Positions 10,889 through 24,860 are shown, counted from the first letter of the stretch. The stretch: DNA of 64,000 bases from an uncultured Collinsella sp. (GCA_902475525.1 CABRZS010000006.1:44260-108259), one strand, 5' to 3'. The notes: generated from the letters alone by a model not told the origin. Numbers and translations are program-made.

Positions 10889-11593
10889 ATGAGACGGATG
10901 GACGAAAAGAACGAAGAGCTCGTGGATGCGCAGATCGTCGAGGAGGACAGCCGCGTGTATGGGCACGCCGAGGGCGAACCTGGTGGCGAGGTCGCTGACG
11001 AGCCGGCGCTGGTGCTGGGCGACGATGACCCGCACGATGCCGAGCTGCACGAGAAGATTCTTTCGGAGGAGTGCGCCTGGAAGGGCAAGATCCTCGACGT
11101 CCACCGTCTTGAGGTTGAGCTGCCCAACGGTCGCCGCAGCGCCCGCGATATCGTTCGCCATCCGGGTGCGGCGGCCGTTGTGGCGCTGACCGAGAGTGGC
11201 AAGATCGTACTGGTGCGTCAGTACCGCACCGCCATCGACCGCGTGACGGTCGAGATTCCCGCCGGCAAGCTCGATTCAGGTGAGGACCCGCTCGATTGCG
11301 CCAAGCGCGAACTGCATGAGGAGACGGGCTTTAGGGCTGGTCGTATTCGCTTTTTGACGTCGATTGTCACGTCCTGCGGTTTTTGCGATGAGATCATCCA
11401 CATCTACTTGGCTACCAAGCTCGAGTTTGATGTGCCCAACCCCGACGATGACGAGTTTATCAATGTGGACCTGGTGCCGCTGCACGAGCTGATCGACGCC
11501 GTGCTCGACGGCAAGATCGAAGACGCCAAGACCGTCGTGGGCGCTCTTGCCTGCGACAGTATCGCTCACCGACTAGGCGGGGCAGAGCTGTAA
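10889..11593 (+). CDS. NUDIX hydrolase (ADP-ribose pyrophosphatase-like)
   Basis: Nudix box GKLDSGEDPLDCAKRELHEETG, HPGA, LVRQYR. Confidence 0.9.
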   Translation: MRRMDEKNEELVDAQIVEEDSRVYGHAEGEPGGEVADEPALVLGDDDPHDAELHEKILSEECAWKGKILDVHRLEVELPNGRRSARDIVRHPGAAAVVALTESGKIVLVRQYRTAIDRVTVEIPAGKLDSGEDPLDCAKRELHEETGFRAGRIRFLTSIVTSCGFCDEIIHIYLATKLEFDVPNPDDDEFINVDLVPLHELIDAVLDGKIEDAKTVVGALACDSIAHRLGGAEL

Positions 11594-11777
11594 CGAGCGG
11601 GGATGATCCCGCAGGTTTGTGTAAGTCAGCGAAAGTGCTCCATTTGAGACAAGGTGGTCTAAAAGAGGAGGGAAGCGTATGGATATACGCGACCGACGAT
11701 TGAAGGCCAGATTGTCTAAATGGGGCGCTTGCAGCGTCGAGACGAAACGCGGTTTGGTAAAACCGCGTAAGGTGATT

Positions 11778-13550
11778 ATGCTGAAGAGGTTTCTTTCTTA
11801 CTACAAGCCCCAGATGGGGCTTTTTGTTGCCGATACTGTTTGCGCTCTGGTGCTTGCCGCCATTGACCTTGCGTTTCCTATTATTCTGCGCAATTTGACC
11901 GGTGGGCTGTTTACTCAGGGTCAGGCTGTCATTATGCAGGCGCTCGGCATGATTGCGGTGGGCTTGGTGCTGATGTATGCCGCCCGCTGCGCCTGCCGCT
12001 ATTTTGTGAGCTATTGGGGTCACGTGATGGGCGCGCGTATGGAGTCCAAGATGCGCGAGGACCTGTTTGACCAGTATGAGCGCTTTAGCTTTGCGTACTT
12101 TGACCGCAACAGCTCGGGCGACATGATGAGCCGCGTGGTCAACGACCTGTTCGATATCTGCGAGGCGGCGCACCACGTGCCCGAGTGGATCATCATCTGC
12201 GGCATCGAGATTATCGGCTCGTTTGTGATCCTCTTTACCATCGCCCCGGTGCTGGCGCTCGCCATGGCCGTGGTGACGGCGGCGTTTGCGGTCATCATGT
12301 TTTGGCAGAACATGCGCATGCGCGAGGTCTTTAGCGACAACCGCAAAAAGATCAGCGGCATCAATGCGCAGCTGCAGGATTCGCTGGCGGGCATGCGCGT
12401 GGTCAAGAGTTTTGCCAATGAGGAGACCGAACGCTTCAAGTTCCGCGCCTCCAACAATCGCTATCTTTCGTCCAAGGAGAACATGTATCACGCCATGGGC
12501 GTCTATACCGCGACGTATGGCCTGCTCTCGGGTGTGCTCTATGTGATCGTGGTGCTGCTGGGCGGCTGGCTGGTCGCCCAGGGACAGCTGCAGGCGGTCG
12601 ATATGGCGACCTTTGCACTCTATATTTCGCTGTTCTGCACGCCGCTCGAGACACTCGTCAATTCGGCCGAAACGTATCAGAAGGCCATCGCCGGCTTTAA
12701 GCGCATGGACGAGGTGCTCTCGACCGCGCCGGATATCCAGGACAAGCCGGGCGCTACGGATCTGCAAGTGACTGCCGGCGCCGTGGAGTATCACGACGCG
12801 TGCTTTAACTACGAGGACGTTGAGCTGGGCGAGGGCGATGCCGAAGAGCGTCCCGTTATCGACCATATGAATCTGTCCATCAAGCCCGGGCAGACCATCG
12901 CTTTGGTTGGCCCTTCGGGCGGTGGCAAGTCCACGACCTGTTCGCTGCTGCCGCGCTTTTATGACGTGGCTGCCGGATCCATTAGCATCGACGGCCAGGA
13001 CGTGCGCGATGTGACGCAGCAGAGCCTGCGTCGCGCCATCGGCCTGGTGCAGCAGGATGTCTATCTGTTTGACGGCACGATTGGCGAGAACATCGCCTAC
13101 GGCAAGCCGGGCGCTACGGCAGGAGAGATCGCCGAGGCCGCCCGTCGCGCCAACATCGATGCCTTTATCGAGTCGCTTCCACAGGGTTATGACACGGTCG
13201 TGGGCGAGCGTGGCAGCCGTCTTTCGGGCGGACAGAAGCAACGCGTTGCCATTGCGCGCGTGTTTCTCAAGAATCCCAAAATCTTGATCTTGGACGAGGC
13301 GACGAGTGCTTTGGATAACGAGAGCGAGGAGGCGGTCCAGGAGTCGCTCGAAGAGCTGGCACGCGGCCGTACCACAATCATCATCGCCCACCGTCTCTCG
13401 ACCATTAAACACGCCGATGAGATTGCGACCGTTGAGCATGGTCGCGTTGTGGAACGTGGCACGCATGAACAGCTTCTCGCCCGTGGCGGCACCTATGCCC
13501 GTTACTATCGAATGCAGTTCGAAGGTGCGCGTGCGCACGAGCTCGACTGA
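11778..13550 (+). CDS. ABC exporter, fused permease-ATPase
   Basis: TM domain, GPSGGGKST, LSGGQKQR, ILDEATSALD. Confidence 0.93.
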   Translation: MLKRFLSYYKPQMGLFVADTVCALVLAAIDLAFPIILRNLTGGLFTQGQAVIMQALGMIAVGLVLMYAARCACRYFVSYWGHVMGARMESKMREDLFDQYERFSFAYFDRNSSGDMMSRVVNDLFDICEAAHHVPEWIIICGIEIIGSFVILFTIAPVLALAMAVVTAAFAVIMFWQNMRMREVFSDNRKKISGINAQLQDSLAGMRVVKSFANEETERFKFRASNNRYLSSKENMYHAMGVYTATYGLLSGVLYVIVVLLGGWLVAQGQLQAVDMATFALYISLFCTPLETLVNSAETYQKAIAGFKRMDEVLSTAPDIQDKPGATDLQVTAGAVEYHDACFNYEDVELGEGDAEERPVIDHMNLSIKPGQTIALVGPSGGGKSTTCSLLPRFYDVAAGSISIDGQDVRDVTQQSLRRAIGLVQQDVYLFDGTIGENIAYGKPGATAGEIAEAARRANIDAFIESLPQGYDTVVGERGSRLSGGQKQRVAIARVFLKNPKILILDEATSALDNESEEAVQESLEELARGRTTIIIAHRLSTIKHADEIATVEHGRVVERGTHEQLLARGGTYARYYRMQFEGARAHELD

Positions 13551-13569
13551 TTGATATGACAGGAAGTTT

Positions 13570-14535
13570 ATGGCTGACAAGAACCCTTTGACTCCGGAAG
13601 AAGTGACGGAGTTATTCTCCGAAATCGATGCATCCGGTGTCTTGGATCCCACGCTTGCCAAAAAGCGAACCGAGCGCATGCGTGAGAAGGAGGCTGCGGC
13701 CAAGCGCGGTGACAAAGCGGCGCTAGCGCAGCTGCGCAGCGAGGACCGCGCGAGCCAGGCAAAACATATCGACCCGCTGTCCGAGGATGATCCTTCGGGT
13801 TCGCAGGTGAGCCATACCATTACGAAGACCGCGATGGCCGTGGTCATTGGTATTTTGGTGTTGATCGTGGGCATGCAGATTGGCTACGGCGTGATGCGTC
13901 GCCTGAACACCGCCAACCTGTCCGAGAGCGTTTCGGTCGATACCGTTTCGACGGCGCTGAAGGGCGGCCTTGAGTGGGGCAACGGCTTTACGCAGTTCCC
14001 GCTCGACTTTACCGTCGATGAAGCCGATGAGCGTACGGGCACGGTCGAGGTGACGGTGTTGGACACATCGTCTGCCAACGAGCTCGAGCTGCTGTCCAAC
14101 GGGCAGATTCAGGCCGCGGCGCTTGCGACCAACGCGTTGCTCAACGATAAGATCGACCGCGTGGTGTATAACGTTCACGCCTATATCGACGAGGATAGCA
14201 ACATTCAGCACGATTCCTTCTTTGGCATGTTTCCCGCCCAGGGCCACCAGAGCGCCATCCTGACGTTCGTGTGGACCAAGAGCTCATCCAACGCCACGAG
14301 TATCGACTGGAAGATGCGCATCGTGAGTATGGATGACACCATCGCCGAGCGCATTCAGAAGCAGGTGAACTCGGTGTCGTCGCTGATCGAGGACCCGGTG
14401 GTGAGCCAGACCAAGATTGACGAGGAAAAGGCCGAACGTGACCTGGAGCATCGTCTGCATGGCCGCGAGATTTTCCGCGGCGGCAAGCCCGATCGCTCAC
14501 CGTCCGATCTGCTGGAACAGGACAAGCAAAAGTAA
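13570..14535 (+). CDS. Hypothetical single-pass membrane protein
   Basis: 321-aa ORF, host-like codons, one hydrophobic segment, SD. Confidence 0.75.
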   Translation: MADKNPLTPEEVTELFSEIDASGVLDPTLAKKRTERMREKEAAAKRGDKAALAQLRSEDRASQAKHIDPLSEDDPSGSQVSHTITKTAMAVVIGILVLIVGMQIGYGVMRRLNTANLSESVSVDTVSTALKGGLEWGNGFTQFPLDFTVDEADERTGTVEVTVLDTSSANELELLSNGQIQAAALATNALLNDKIDRVVYNVHAYIDEDSNIQHDSFFGMFPAQGHQSAILTFVWTKSSSNATSIDWKMRIVSMDDTIAERIQKQVNSVSSLIEDPVVSQTKIDEEKAERDLEHRLHGREIFRGGKPDRSPSDLLEQDKQK

Positions 14536-14706
14536 GAGGCCATTATCCCGCGTGAGCCACAAGCCCACGCGGGATAATTTTTCTGGGACGGGGATTAAAT
14601 AATCATTATGCATAGAAAGTCATAATTATCATTTCGTAAACATTTCGATGAAATTAACGCCATGAGGCATGCTTGCGGTTACAATACCGCGAGGCCTAAC
14701 TACACA

Positions 14707-14740
14707 CCTTTAAGCCGGTCCTGTGAGACCGGGAAGGAGA
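14707..14740 (+). promoter_or_regulatory. PyrR-binding-loop-like RNA overlapping the carA SD
   Basis: CCTTTAAG-CCG-GTCCTGTGAGAC-CGG-GAAGG resembles the PyrR consensus (CUUUAA..RGUCCNGNGAGRC). Confidence 0.75.
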
Positions 14741-14743
14741 ATT

Positions 14744-16183
14744 ATGGCGAACAACCATACCGCGGGCGCTGCCGCCCGCACCTTCGCGCCCAGCGAGCAT
14801 TGCCAGCGTATGCTGGCCAAAACCAGCAAGGGCACCTGCGGTCCCTGTATCCTGTATCTTGAGGATGGGACCATTTTTTATGGACGTGCATGCGGCGCCG
14901 AGGGCACCGCGACCGGCGAAGTCTGCTTCAACACCTCGCTTGAGGGCTACTTTGAGGTCATGACCGACCCGAGTTATGCCGGCCAAATTGTAACCATGAC
15001 CTATCCGCAGATCGGCAATTACGGTATCGACGAGACCGATGTCCAGTCGGCCTTCCCCGGCGACGACGTGCGCCCTGCGAGCGCTCCGGCTATGCGCGGC
15101 ATGATCGTTCGCGACATGTGCGCCACGCCTTCTAACTGGCGCTCGGCCGTCAGCGTGCCGGAGTACCTGCGCGCTCACGGCATCGTCGCTATCGAGGGTG
15201 TCGACACCCGCGCTCTGGTGCGCCATCTGCGCGACAATGGTTCCAAGATGGGCATTATCTCGACAGAGATCTTCGACGTCGACGAGCTCGCCGAGCGTCT
15301 GGACGCAGCGCCCACGCTGGTGGGCGAGAACCTGGTCAAGACCGTGAGCTGTCCCGCGCCTCACGAGTTTGTGGCCGCCGACCTGCCTGCCACGCATGGC
15401 TTTGCGCTTGCGGCTGCCGCTCCTGCCCGTCACAAAGTGGTCGCCTACGACTGCGGTGTGAAGCGCGGTATTCTGGAGGGCCTGGTCCGTGCCGGCTGCG
15501 ACCTCACCGTCGTGCCGTGGGATACGCCCGCCCAGCAGGTGCTCGACATGAATCCTGATGGCGTCTTTTTGTCCAACGGCCCCGGCGACCCCGATGCCGT
15601 GGTGGAGACCTACGAGCAGGTGCAGCAGCTGATCGGCAAGGTGCCGGTCTTTGGCATTTGCCTCGGTCACCAGATGATCAGCCTGGCCTGCGGCGCCCAA
15701 ATGGAAAAGCTTAAATTCGGTCACCGTGGCGGTAACCAGCCGGTTATGAATCTGGTGAGCCGTCGCGTGGAGATCACCGCGCAAAACCACGGCTTTGGCC
15801 TGCTGTTCCCCAGTCTGGGCAAACTGATTCCGGAGCTTTCCGGCGGCGAAACCGAGCATGCGGCCGACGGTGACCTGCGCGCCTGGGTGCGTCGCGGCAT
15901 CGCGCCGGTCGTGATGAACGAGCGCTTTGGTCGCATTCGCCTGACACATGTGAACCTCAACGACGGCACCGCCGAGGGCATCCAGCTGCTCGACGCCCCG
16001 TGTTTCTCGGTCCAGTACCACCCCGAGGCTTCGCCTGGCCCCACCGATGCCCACTATCTCTTTACCGCCTTTACGCGACTCATGGACGGCGAGGAGAACT
16101 ACCTGGACATCGACACCGCGAAGGACCGCCTCGCCGGCTGGAATTTCGCCGAGTCCGAGAACGCTGCGACCGAGGAGAACTAA
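14744..16183 (+). CDS. carA: Carbamoyl-phosphate synthase small subunit
   Basis: [33 protein letters not shown]. Confidence 0.96.
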   Translation: MANNHTAGAAARTFAPSEHCQRMLAKTSKGTCGPCILYLEDGTIFYGRACGAEGTATGEVCFNTSLEGYFEVMTDPSYAGQIVTMTYPQIGNYGIDETDVQSAFPGDDVRPASAPAMRGMIVRDMCATPSNWRSAVSVPEYLRAHGIVAIEGVDTRALVRHLRDNGSKMGIISTEIFDVDELAERLDAAPTLVGENLVKTVSCPAPHEFVAADLPATHGFALAAAAPARHKVVAYDCGVKRGILEGLVRAGCDLTVVPWDTPAQQVLDMNPDGVFLSNGPGDPDAVVETYEQVQQLIGKVPVFGICLGHQMISLACGAQMEKLKFGHRGGNQPVMNLVSRRVEITAQNHGFGLLFPSLGKLIPELSGGETEHAADGDLRAWVRRGIAPVVMNERFGRIRLTHVNLNDGTAEGIQLLDAPCFSVQYHPEASPGPTDAHYLFTAFTRLMDGEENYLDIDTAKDRLAGWNFAESENAATEEN

Positions 16184-16184
16184 C

Positions 16185-19499
<3,315 letters not shown>

Positions 19500-19511
19500 A
19501 TTGACTTGTCC

Positions 19512-19602
19512 GGCCGGGGCGGGAGGGGCGGAGATTTCCCCCTTTCGCTCCGGCTGCAAGCAGAGTCGCTCAGGAGGAAACTCCGCCCCTCCCGCCCCGG
19601 CC
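19512..19602. repeat. 91-bp palindromic element (22-bp perfect arms)
   Basis: GGCCGGGGCGGGAGGGGCGGAG / CTCCGCCCCTCCCGCCCCGGCC; core shared with 24770-24860. Confidence 0.8.
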
Positions 19603-19673
19603 TGCGGTGACTTGGCCGCACCGTGTGCTGCCGAAGGGGCTTTGCGCGATGACTAGGGCTGAAAAAAAGTGAG

Positions 19674-19715
19674 TGTGGGCGCCGTCGTTCGTTTGAACGA
19701 CGGCGCCCACGTTTT
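19674..19715. terminator. Bidirectional terminator-like hairpin between carB and the GntR gene
   Basis: GTGGGCGCCGTCGTTC / GAACGACGGCGCCCAC flanked by A- and T-runs. Confidence 0.7.
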
Positions 19716-19719
19716 GGAT

Positions 19720-20502
19720 TTATTGGGCTGTGGCGGTGAAGGTTGTTTTGTCGGCGGCGATGTGCACGTGCAGCTTTGCCTGACCGTCGCAGCTGATGAG
19801 CACGCCTACCTCGAATGGGGTTCCCGTCTTGTCGTAGGTCGAACGCACGATGCGCATCGCCGCCTTACCGGTGTTCTGTCCCAAAAGGCGCGCCTCATGC
19901 TTGTCGAGGTTGACCGCCTCGTAGACGGCATCGACGCTTGCGGGCAGGATGCCGGTCTTTTCCGCGATGTAGGCGTAGAGCGAGCCATCCACGTCTTTGC
20001 GTGTGAGCTCGGGGCAAAGTGACACGGGGATATAGACGTAGTTGAGCTCCATGGGTTTGTCGTTGGCGAGACGCAGGCGGCGAATCTCCCAGACGGGTGT
20101 CCCTTCGGGCACTTTGAGCCCAGAGGCGATGCCGCGGACGGCCGGTATGCTTGAAAAGGCGAGAATCTGCGAGCTCGGAACCCGTCCCGCTTCGCGCATC
20201 CGCGCGCTGAAATTCAGGGCCAGGTCGATGCCGGGTGCTGAGGTTTGGGGCTTGATGAACGTGCCCTGGCCGCGCTTGCGCACCACGCGCCCCTCGATGA
20301 CGAGATCCTGAAAGCAACGGCGCACAGTCGCGCGCGATAACTCCAGCCGCGCACAGATTTCGAGCTCGCGTGGCAGCGGCGTCTTGGTGTCGAACGCCTG
20401 GCTGGCGATAAGCAGGGCGATTCGATGTTTAAGTTGGACATAGAGCGGCGTATCACCGCTGCGATCGAAGGGTTCGGCGGCGAGAAACGAGATCATGTCC
20501 AT
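19720..20502 (-). CDS. GntR/HutC-family regulator (wHTH + UTRA)
   Basis: PLYVQLK, LPRELEI..LSRATVRR, RKRGQGTFI, IRRLRLANDKP; divergent from PTS operon. Confidence 0.92.
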   Translation of the reverse strand: MDMISFLAAEPFDRSGDTPLYVQLKHRIALLIASQAFDTKTPLPRELEICARLELSRATVRRCFQDLVIEGRVVRKRGQGTFIKPQTSAPGIDLALNFSARMREAGRVPSSQILAFSSIPAVRGIASGLKVPEGTPVWEIRRLRLANDKPMELNYVYIPVSLCPELTRKDVDGSLYAYIAEKTGILPASVDAVYEAVNLDKHEARLLGQNTGKAAMRIVRSTYDKTGTPFEVGVLISCDGQAKLHVHIAADKTTFTATAQ

Positions 20503-20810
20503 AGGGTACCTCCATGTCGTGAGCATACGTGACATGGTCTGACACTGCGGGACAAACCGGTGATGTCAGGCCCGATTCTTGTTGGTATGTATGGTACATA
20601 AGGAACATAAAATATTTACCAGGCAATCTACCTGCTATTTTAAAAATAATTAGAAGAAAAAATAATTTAGGCACAAAAACAGTTGCTACCGTTAACCGAC
20701 GAATAGTTGCCGTTCGCAACTATTTTCTTGTACCGAACATACTCCAGCGCAACAATAATCTCGGCAAAAAGCAAGGCCGTGCGATACACGGCAGGTCGAG
20801 AGGAGACCGC

Positions 20811-21245
20811 ATGCGGTATCTGGTAATGGTCAGTCACGGAACGCTCGCTCCCGGACTGCACAGTGTCCTCAAGATGCTCGGCAATGACGCCCCGAACATC
20901 TTGTCGACGAGTCTCGTGGACGGCATGGGCGCTGACGAGTATGTCGAGAACGTCAAGGCGATGCTCGCTCCTGTTACCGCCGATGACGAGGTTGTCCTGC
21001 TTGGTGACATCCTGGGCGGATCGCCGCTCACCAATGCCATGAACGCGCTGGCCGAGAAGGGTCTGCTCGCCCACACCATTGCCTTCGGCGGTATGAATCT
21101 GCCTATGGCTATGACTGCCATGATGGGGCTTGCCACCATGGACCTGGATTCCCTCAAGCAGATGATGCTGCAGGAGGGCAAGAACGGTATGTCCGAGCTC
21201 GTGGTCCCGACCGATGACGCCGACGACGAGGACGACGACATCTAG
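20811..21245 (+). CDS. PTS mannose-family EIIA
   Basis: VSHG phospho-His, LGDILGGSP, GMNLPM. Confidence 0.9.
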   Translation: MRYLVMVSHGTLAPGLHSVLKMLGNDAPNILSTSLVDGMGADEYVENVKAMLAPVTADDEVVLLGDILGGSPLTNAMNALAEKGLLAHTIAFGGMNLPMAMTAMMGLATMDLDSLKQMMLQEGKNGMSELVVPTDDADDEDDDI

Positions 21246-21324
21246 GCGGCGCATCCGCCCAAATTTTCGTGATGGAGCGGGGGTTAAGAGGAAAGACCCC
21301 CGGTGATAAAGAAAGGGAGAACGC

Positions 21325-21813
21325 ATGATTTCGTTCATCCGTATTGATGACCGTATGATCCATGGACAGACCGTTACCCGTTGGGCCCTCGAGTATCCCT
21401 GCGACGGTCTTATCGCCGTCAACGACGCTGCAGCGTCCAACCCCGTGCTCAAGGAGGCCTACAAGAGTGCCTCGGGCAAGAAGACGTTCGTGTGGACCAA
21501 GGAGCACTTCAAGGAGGTCTCCGAGAAGGTTCTCAAGTCCGACACCAAGTACTTCCTGATCACCAAGAACCCGCTCGACATGAAGGAACTTCTCGTCGAT
21601 TTTGGCTTTAAGCCCGGCATGGACCGCATCATCGTCGGTCCCTGCAACGATCGTCCCGGCACCACCAAGCTTGGCAACAACCAGTCGATCACGCAGGAAG
21701 AGGCCCAGGCGCTCGAGGATCTCACCAACGCCGGCTACACGGTCGAGTTCGCCCTTATCAAGGAGAAGTCCATCGGTGAGTGGCCCAAGTTCCGCGGTCA
21801 GTTTGGCTTCTAG
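21325..21813 (+). CDS. PTS mannose-family EIIB
   Basis: RIDDRMIHGQT. Confidence 0.92.
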   Translation: MISFIRIDDRMIHGQTVTRWALEYPCDGLIAVNDAAASNPVLKEAYKSASGKKTFVWTKEHFKEVSEKVLKSDTKYFLITKNPLDMKELLVDFGFKPGMDRIIVGPCNDRPGTTKLGNNQSITQEEAQALEDLTNAGYTVEFALIKEKSIGEWPKFRGQFGF

Positions 21814-21885
21814 TTAGGCGCCAGCCGCATTTTGGTATCTACAGCCCTTGGTGAAAGGGGCTGAGGAATAAAGAAAGGGGAAAGC

Positions 21886-22743
21886 ATGGCAATCAATGCA
21901 TTCCAAGCCGCGCTGTTCGGCCTGTTCGCCTGCCTGGCATCACTGCCTGGCATGGGCGGCACGACGATCGGCAACTACACTCTGGGTCGTCCTCTGGTCG
22001 CTGGCCTCATCGTCGGCATCATCATGGGCGATATGCAGACGGGCATCCTCGTCGGCGCTGCCATCCAGGTTGTCTACATCGCTCTCGTGACCCCCGGCGG
22101 AACCGTCTCCGCCGACGTCCGCGCCGTGTCCTATATCGGTATCCCGCTGGCGATCCTCGCCATCAAGAACTCGGGCATCGATCCCGCCTCCGCTGAGGCT
22201 GCCGGCATGGCCGCATCCCTCGGTGCCGCCGTCGGCACGCTCGGCACTGTGCTCTTCTATGGCACCGCCACCATCAACCTGGTGTGGCAGGGCATGGGCT
22301 GGAAGTGGCTCGAGAAGGGCGATCTCCACAAGCTCTACCTGGTCAACAACGTTCTGCCTTGGATCGGTCACATCGTCTGCTCGTTCCTCCCGACGTTCAT
22401 CATCACCATGGGCGGCACCGCCATGGTCGACCTCATGAAGACCTACATGCCCATGGACGGCATCGCGATGAAGACGCTGTTCACCGTCGGCTCGCTGCTG
22501 CCTACCGTCGGTATCGCCATCCTGCTCAAGCAGGTCATCTCTAAGCCCACGGACTTTCTGACGTTCTTCTTCGGCTTCACCCTGTCCGCTGTTATGGGCT
22601 GCAACCTGATCGCCGCTGCCGGCATCGGCTGCTTCTTCGCCCTGATCAACTATGAGATCGCTTCGCTCAAGATCGACCTCGCAAACGCTCCCAAGGCAGC
22701 TATCGCCTCGGGCTCCGATGATGAGGAAGAGGAGGACATCTAA
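21886..22743 (+). CDS. PTS mannose-family EIIC
   Basis: RPLVAGLIVGIIMGDMQTG, LLPTVGIAILL. Confidence 0.9.
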   Translation: MAINAFQAALFGLFACLASLPGMGGTTIGNYTLGRPLVAGLIVGIIMGDMQTGILVGAAIQVVYIALVTPGGTVSADVRAVSYIGIPLAILAIKNSGIDPASAEAAGMAASLGAAVGTLGTVLFYGTATINLVWQGMGWKWLEKGDLHKLYLVNNVLPWIGHIVCSFLPTFIITMGGTAMVDLMKTYMPMDGIAMKTLFTVGSLLPTVGIAILLKQVISKPTDFLTFFFGFTLSAVMGCNLIAAAGIGCFFALINYEIASLKIDLANAPKAAIASGSDDEEEEDI

Positions 22744-23570
22744 TGGCAGAGAAGAAAAAGCTCTCTAAGAAAACGCTTGCCAAGTCGTTCCGCAACTGGT
22801 CCTATGGCAACCTGACTTGCTTCTCGCAGGAGCACATGCAGACCTTCGGTTACCTGTGCGCCATGCTTCCAATTGTCGAGGAGCTCTACGACACGCCCGA
22901 GGAGCAGAAGCAGGCCCTTCAGACCTACTCCGCGTTCTTCAACACCGAGCCGCAGATCGGAACCATGATTGTCGGCGTCACCGCCGGCCTCGAGGAGGCT
23001 CGCGCAAACGGCGAGGCCATCGATGACGACGCCATCAACGGCATCCGCGCCGGCCTCATGGGCCCGCTCGCCGGCCTTGGCGACTCGCTGATTGTCGGTA
23101 CCCTGATCCCGATCCTGCTCGGTATCGCCCTCGGTCTCTCGACCGGCGGCTCCCCGCTCGGCGCTATCTTCTATATCGTCGTGTGGAACCTGCTCATGTT
23201 CCTCGGCATGCGCTTTGCCTACAACCAGGGCTATGAGCTCGGCGGCAAGGCAGTCGAGGCCCTCGTCGGCCCCAAGGCCAAGGCTCTGCGTGATTCCATC
23301 GTGATGGTCGGTACCATGGTCATCGGTGCCGTGGGCGCAACTTGGGTCTCCATCACCTGCAGCCCCAACCTGGTGCTGCCCGGCGGTGGTAAGTTCCAGG
23401 ACACGCTCGACGGAATCTATCCGCACCTGCTGCCCATGATCTTCATCGTCTTCTGCTGGTACATGATGACCAAGAAGAAGGTCAACCCCATCGTCATGAT
23501 GCTGATCCTCGTTGTGATCGCATTCGTGGGCGTTGTTATTGGCTTCTTCGATCCGGCGCTGACGTACTAA
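22743..23570 (+). CDS. PTS mannose-family EIID
   Basis: FFNTEP, GLMGPLAGLGDS. Confidence 0.92.
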   Translation: MAEKKKLSKKTLAKSFRNWSYGNLTCFSQEHMQTFGYLCAMLPIVEELYDTPEEQKQALQTYSAFFNTEPQIGTMIVGVTAGLEEARANGEAIDDDAINGIRAGLMGPLAGLGDSLIVGTLIPILLGIALGLSTGGSPLGAIFYIVVWNLLMFLGMRFAYNQGYELGGKAVEALVGPKAKALRDSIVMVGTMVIGAVGATWVSITCSPNLVLPGGGKFQDTLDGIYPHLLPMIFIVFCWYMMTKKKVNPIVMMLILVVIAFVGVVIGFFDPALTY

Positions 23571-23785
23571 TCGACAGCTCTTTGCCAATTGCGAAAGGCC
23601 GTGCCGGCTTGCGCCGCGCGGCCTTTCGCTCATCGTTCGTTTGCTGCTTGGGCGGCACAGGAGACTGGCTCGTTGCCTGCCGTCCTTCAAGAGTGATATA
23701 GCCCATGGCCTCCATCGCCTTACATGACATACGCTATATTGCTCTTGAAAGATGACATGGCGGCTCGTTTCTAAAGGAGAACCGA

Positions 23786-24109
23786 ATGCACGAGAAACAC
23801 GGGCACGATCTTTCGAAAGAGGACCTCATTCGAGAGGCTAAGCTTCAGACCGATGCCATTCAGCGCCTCAATGTTTGGCTGCGCTTGGGGTATTCGTTGG
23901 TAGCGATTGGATTTTTGCTCGGCATGTGGGGCTATCAGGGAGGGCCCGGCTGGGGCGTTCCCGTTGGCATTGCGTGCCTGGCGGTGGGTGCTCCCGTCTC
24001 CATCATCCTCAAGATCGGCACGAGCAATGCAAAGAAGAACGTCGAGCGCATCCTCGAGGCGGCGGGTGTTAACGTTGAGGAGCTTATGGCGCGAAAGAAG
24101 AATGAGTAG
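23786..24109 (+). CDS. Small two-TM membrane protein
   Basis: 107 aa, AAGGAG SD, two hydrophobic segments. Confidence 0.7.
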   Translation: MHEKHGHDLSKEDLIREAKLQTDAIQRLNVWLRLGYSLVAIGFLLGMWGYQGGPGWGVPVGIACLAVGAPVSIILKIGTSNAKKNVERILEAAGVNVEELMARKKNE

Positions 24110-24201
24110 AAATATTCATGAGTCGTGGGTTACTATAAAAAATTGTTGCGCATAGCAACTAATCTAAAGATCTGTTTGATAAGTAAAGGACTTAATACTC
24201 G

Positions 24202-24642
24202 GTGGACTACGATGACGTTGCTAGAAAATTAATTGTGTACTCGCGCTCCTTGGCCAAAGGATCGTTAAGTGCTGCTGGTGGCGCCAGTGTGGGTGAGACC
24301 CCGGTCCTGCAGTATTTGTCTGGCGTTGACGACGATGTCATTCCCTCCGAGATCGCCAAGAAGCTTAAATTCTCCCGTGCGCGTATGTCGCACATCTTGG
24401 AGTCACTCGAGAGCAAGGGTTATATTCAGCGCAGGACTGATCAAAACGATCGTCGGCGTGTGTTGGTGAGCATCACCGAGGAAGGCCGCGATTTTGCGGC
24501 GAAAAAAAATGCCGAGAGTGTGGCATCGCTCTCGAAGCAGCTCTCAGCGCTCGGCGAGCACGATGCTCAGGAGCTCGTGCGCATTCTGAATAAAGCCTAT
24601 AGCCTTACCTATGATGCCGACGATTACCTGGACAATCTATAA
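24202..24642 (+). CDS. MarR-family regulator
   Basis: SEIAKKLKFSRARMSHILESLESKGYIQR..DRRRVLVSITEEG. Confidence 0.9.
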   Translation: MDYDDVARKLIVYSRSLAKGSLSAAGGASVGETPVLQYLSGVDDDVIPSEIAKKLKFSRARMSHILESLESKGYIQRRTDQNDRRRVLVSITEEGRDFAAKKNAESVASLSKQLSALGEHDAQELVRILNKAYSLTYDADDYLDNL

Positions 24643-24769
24643 GGATAAAGGCAGCCATTTAGGTGCATTATGAAATGCATCCGGGACAGTTGTGCCCATT
24701 GACTACCGTCAACATCTCATTCCAAACCAAATCAGCCAACGTACGTCATAGCAATCCCCGGTAGGTCGA

Positions 24770-24860
24770 GGGTGCCCCGCGGCGGTCTGGTGTTTTCATC
24801 TGAGCGACTTTGCGAAGCAAGGGGAGCGAAGATAAAAACCCAGCCCGCCGCGGGGCACCC
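24770..24860. repeat. 91-bp palindromic element (16-bp perfect arms plus extended pairing)
   Basis: GGGTGCCCCGCGGCGG / CCGCCGCGGGGCACCC; core CTGAGCGACT..GGAGCGAA as in 19512-19602 (opposite strand). Confidence 0.75.

Noticed and set aside
16047..16184. N-terminal extensions in the ORF track for carB (also rpsR, glmU, coaX, pth, EIIA)
   Set aside because: True starts lie downstream at SD-preceded codons matching family N-termini; the extensions overlap other genes, tRNA or promoter regions
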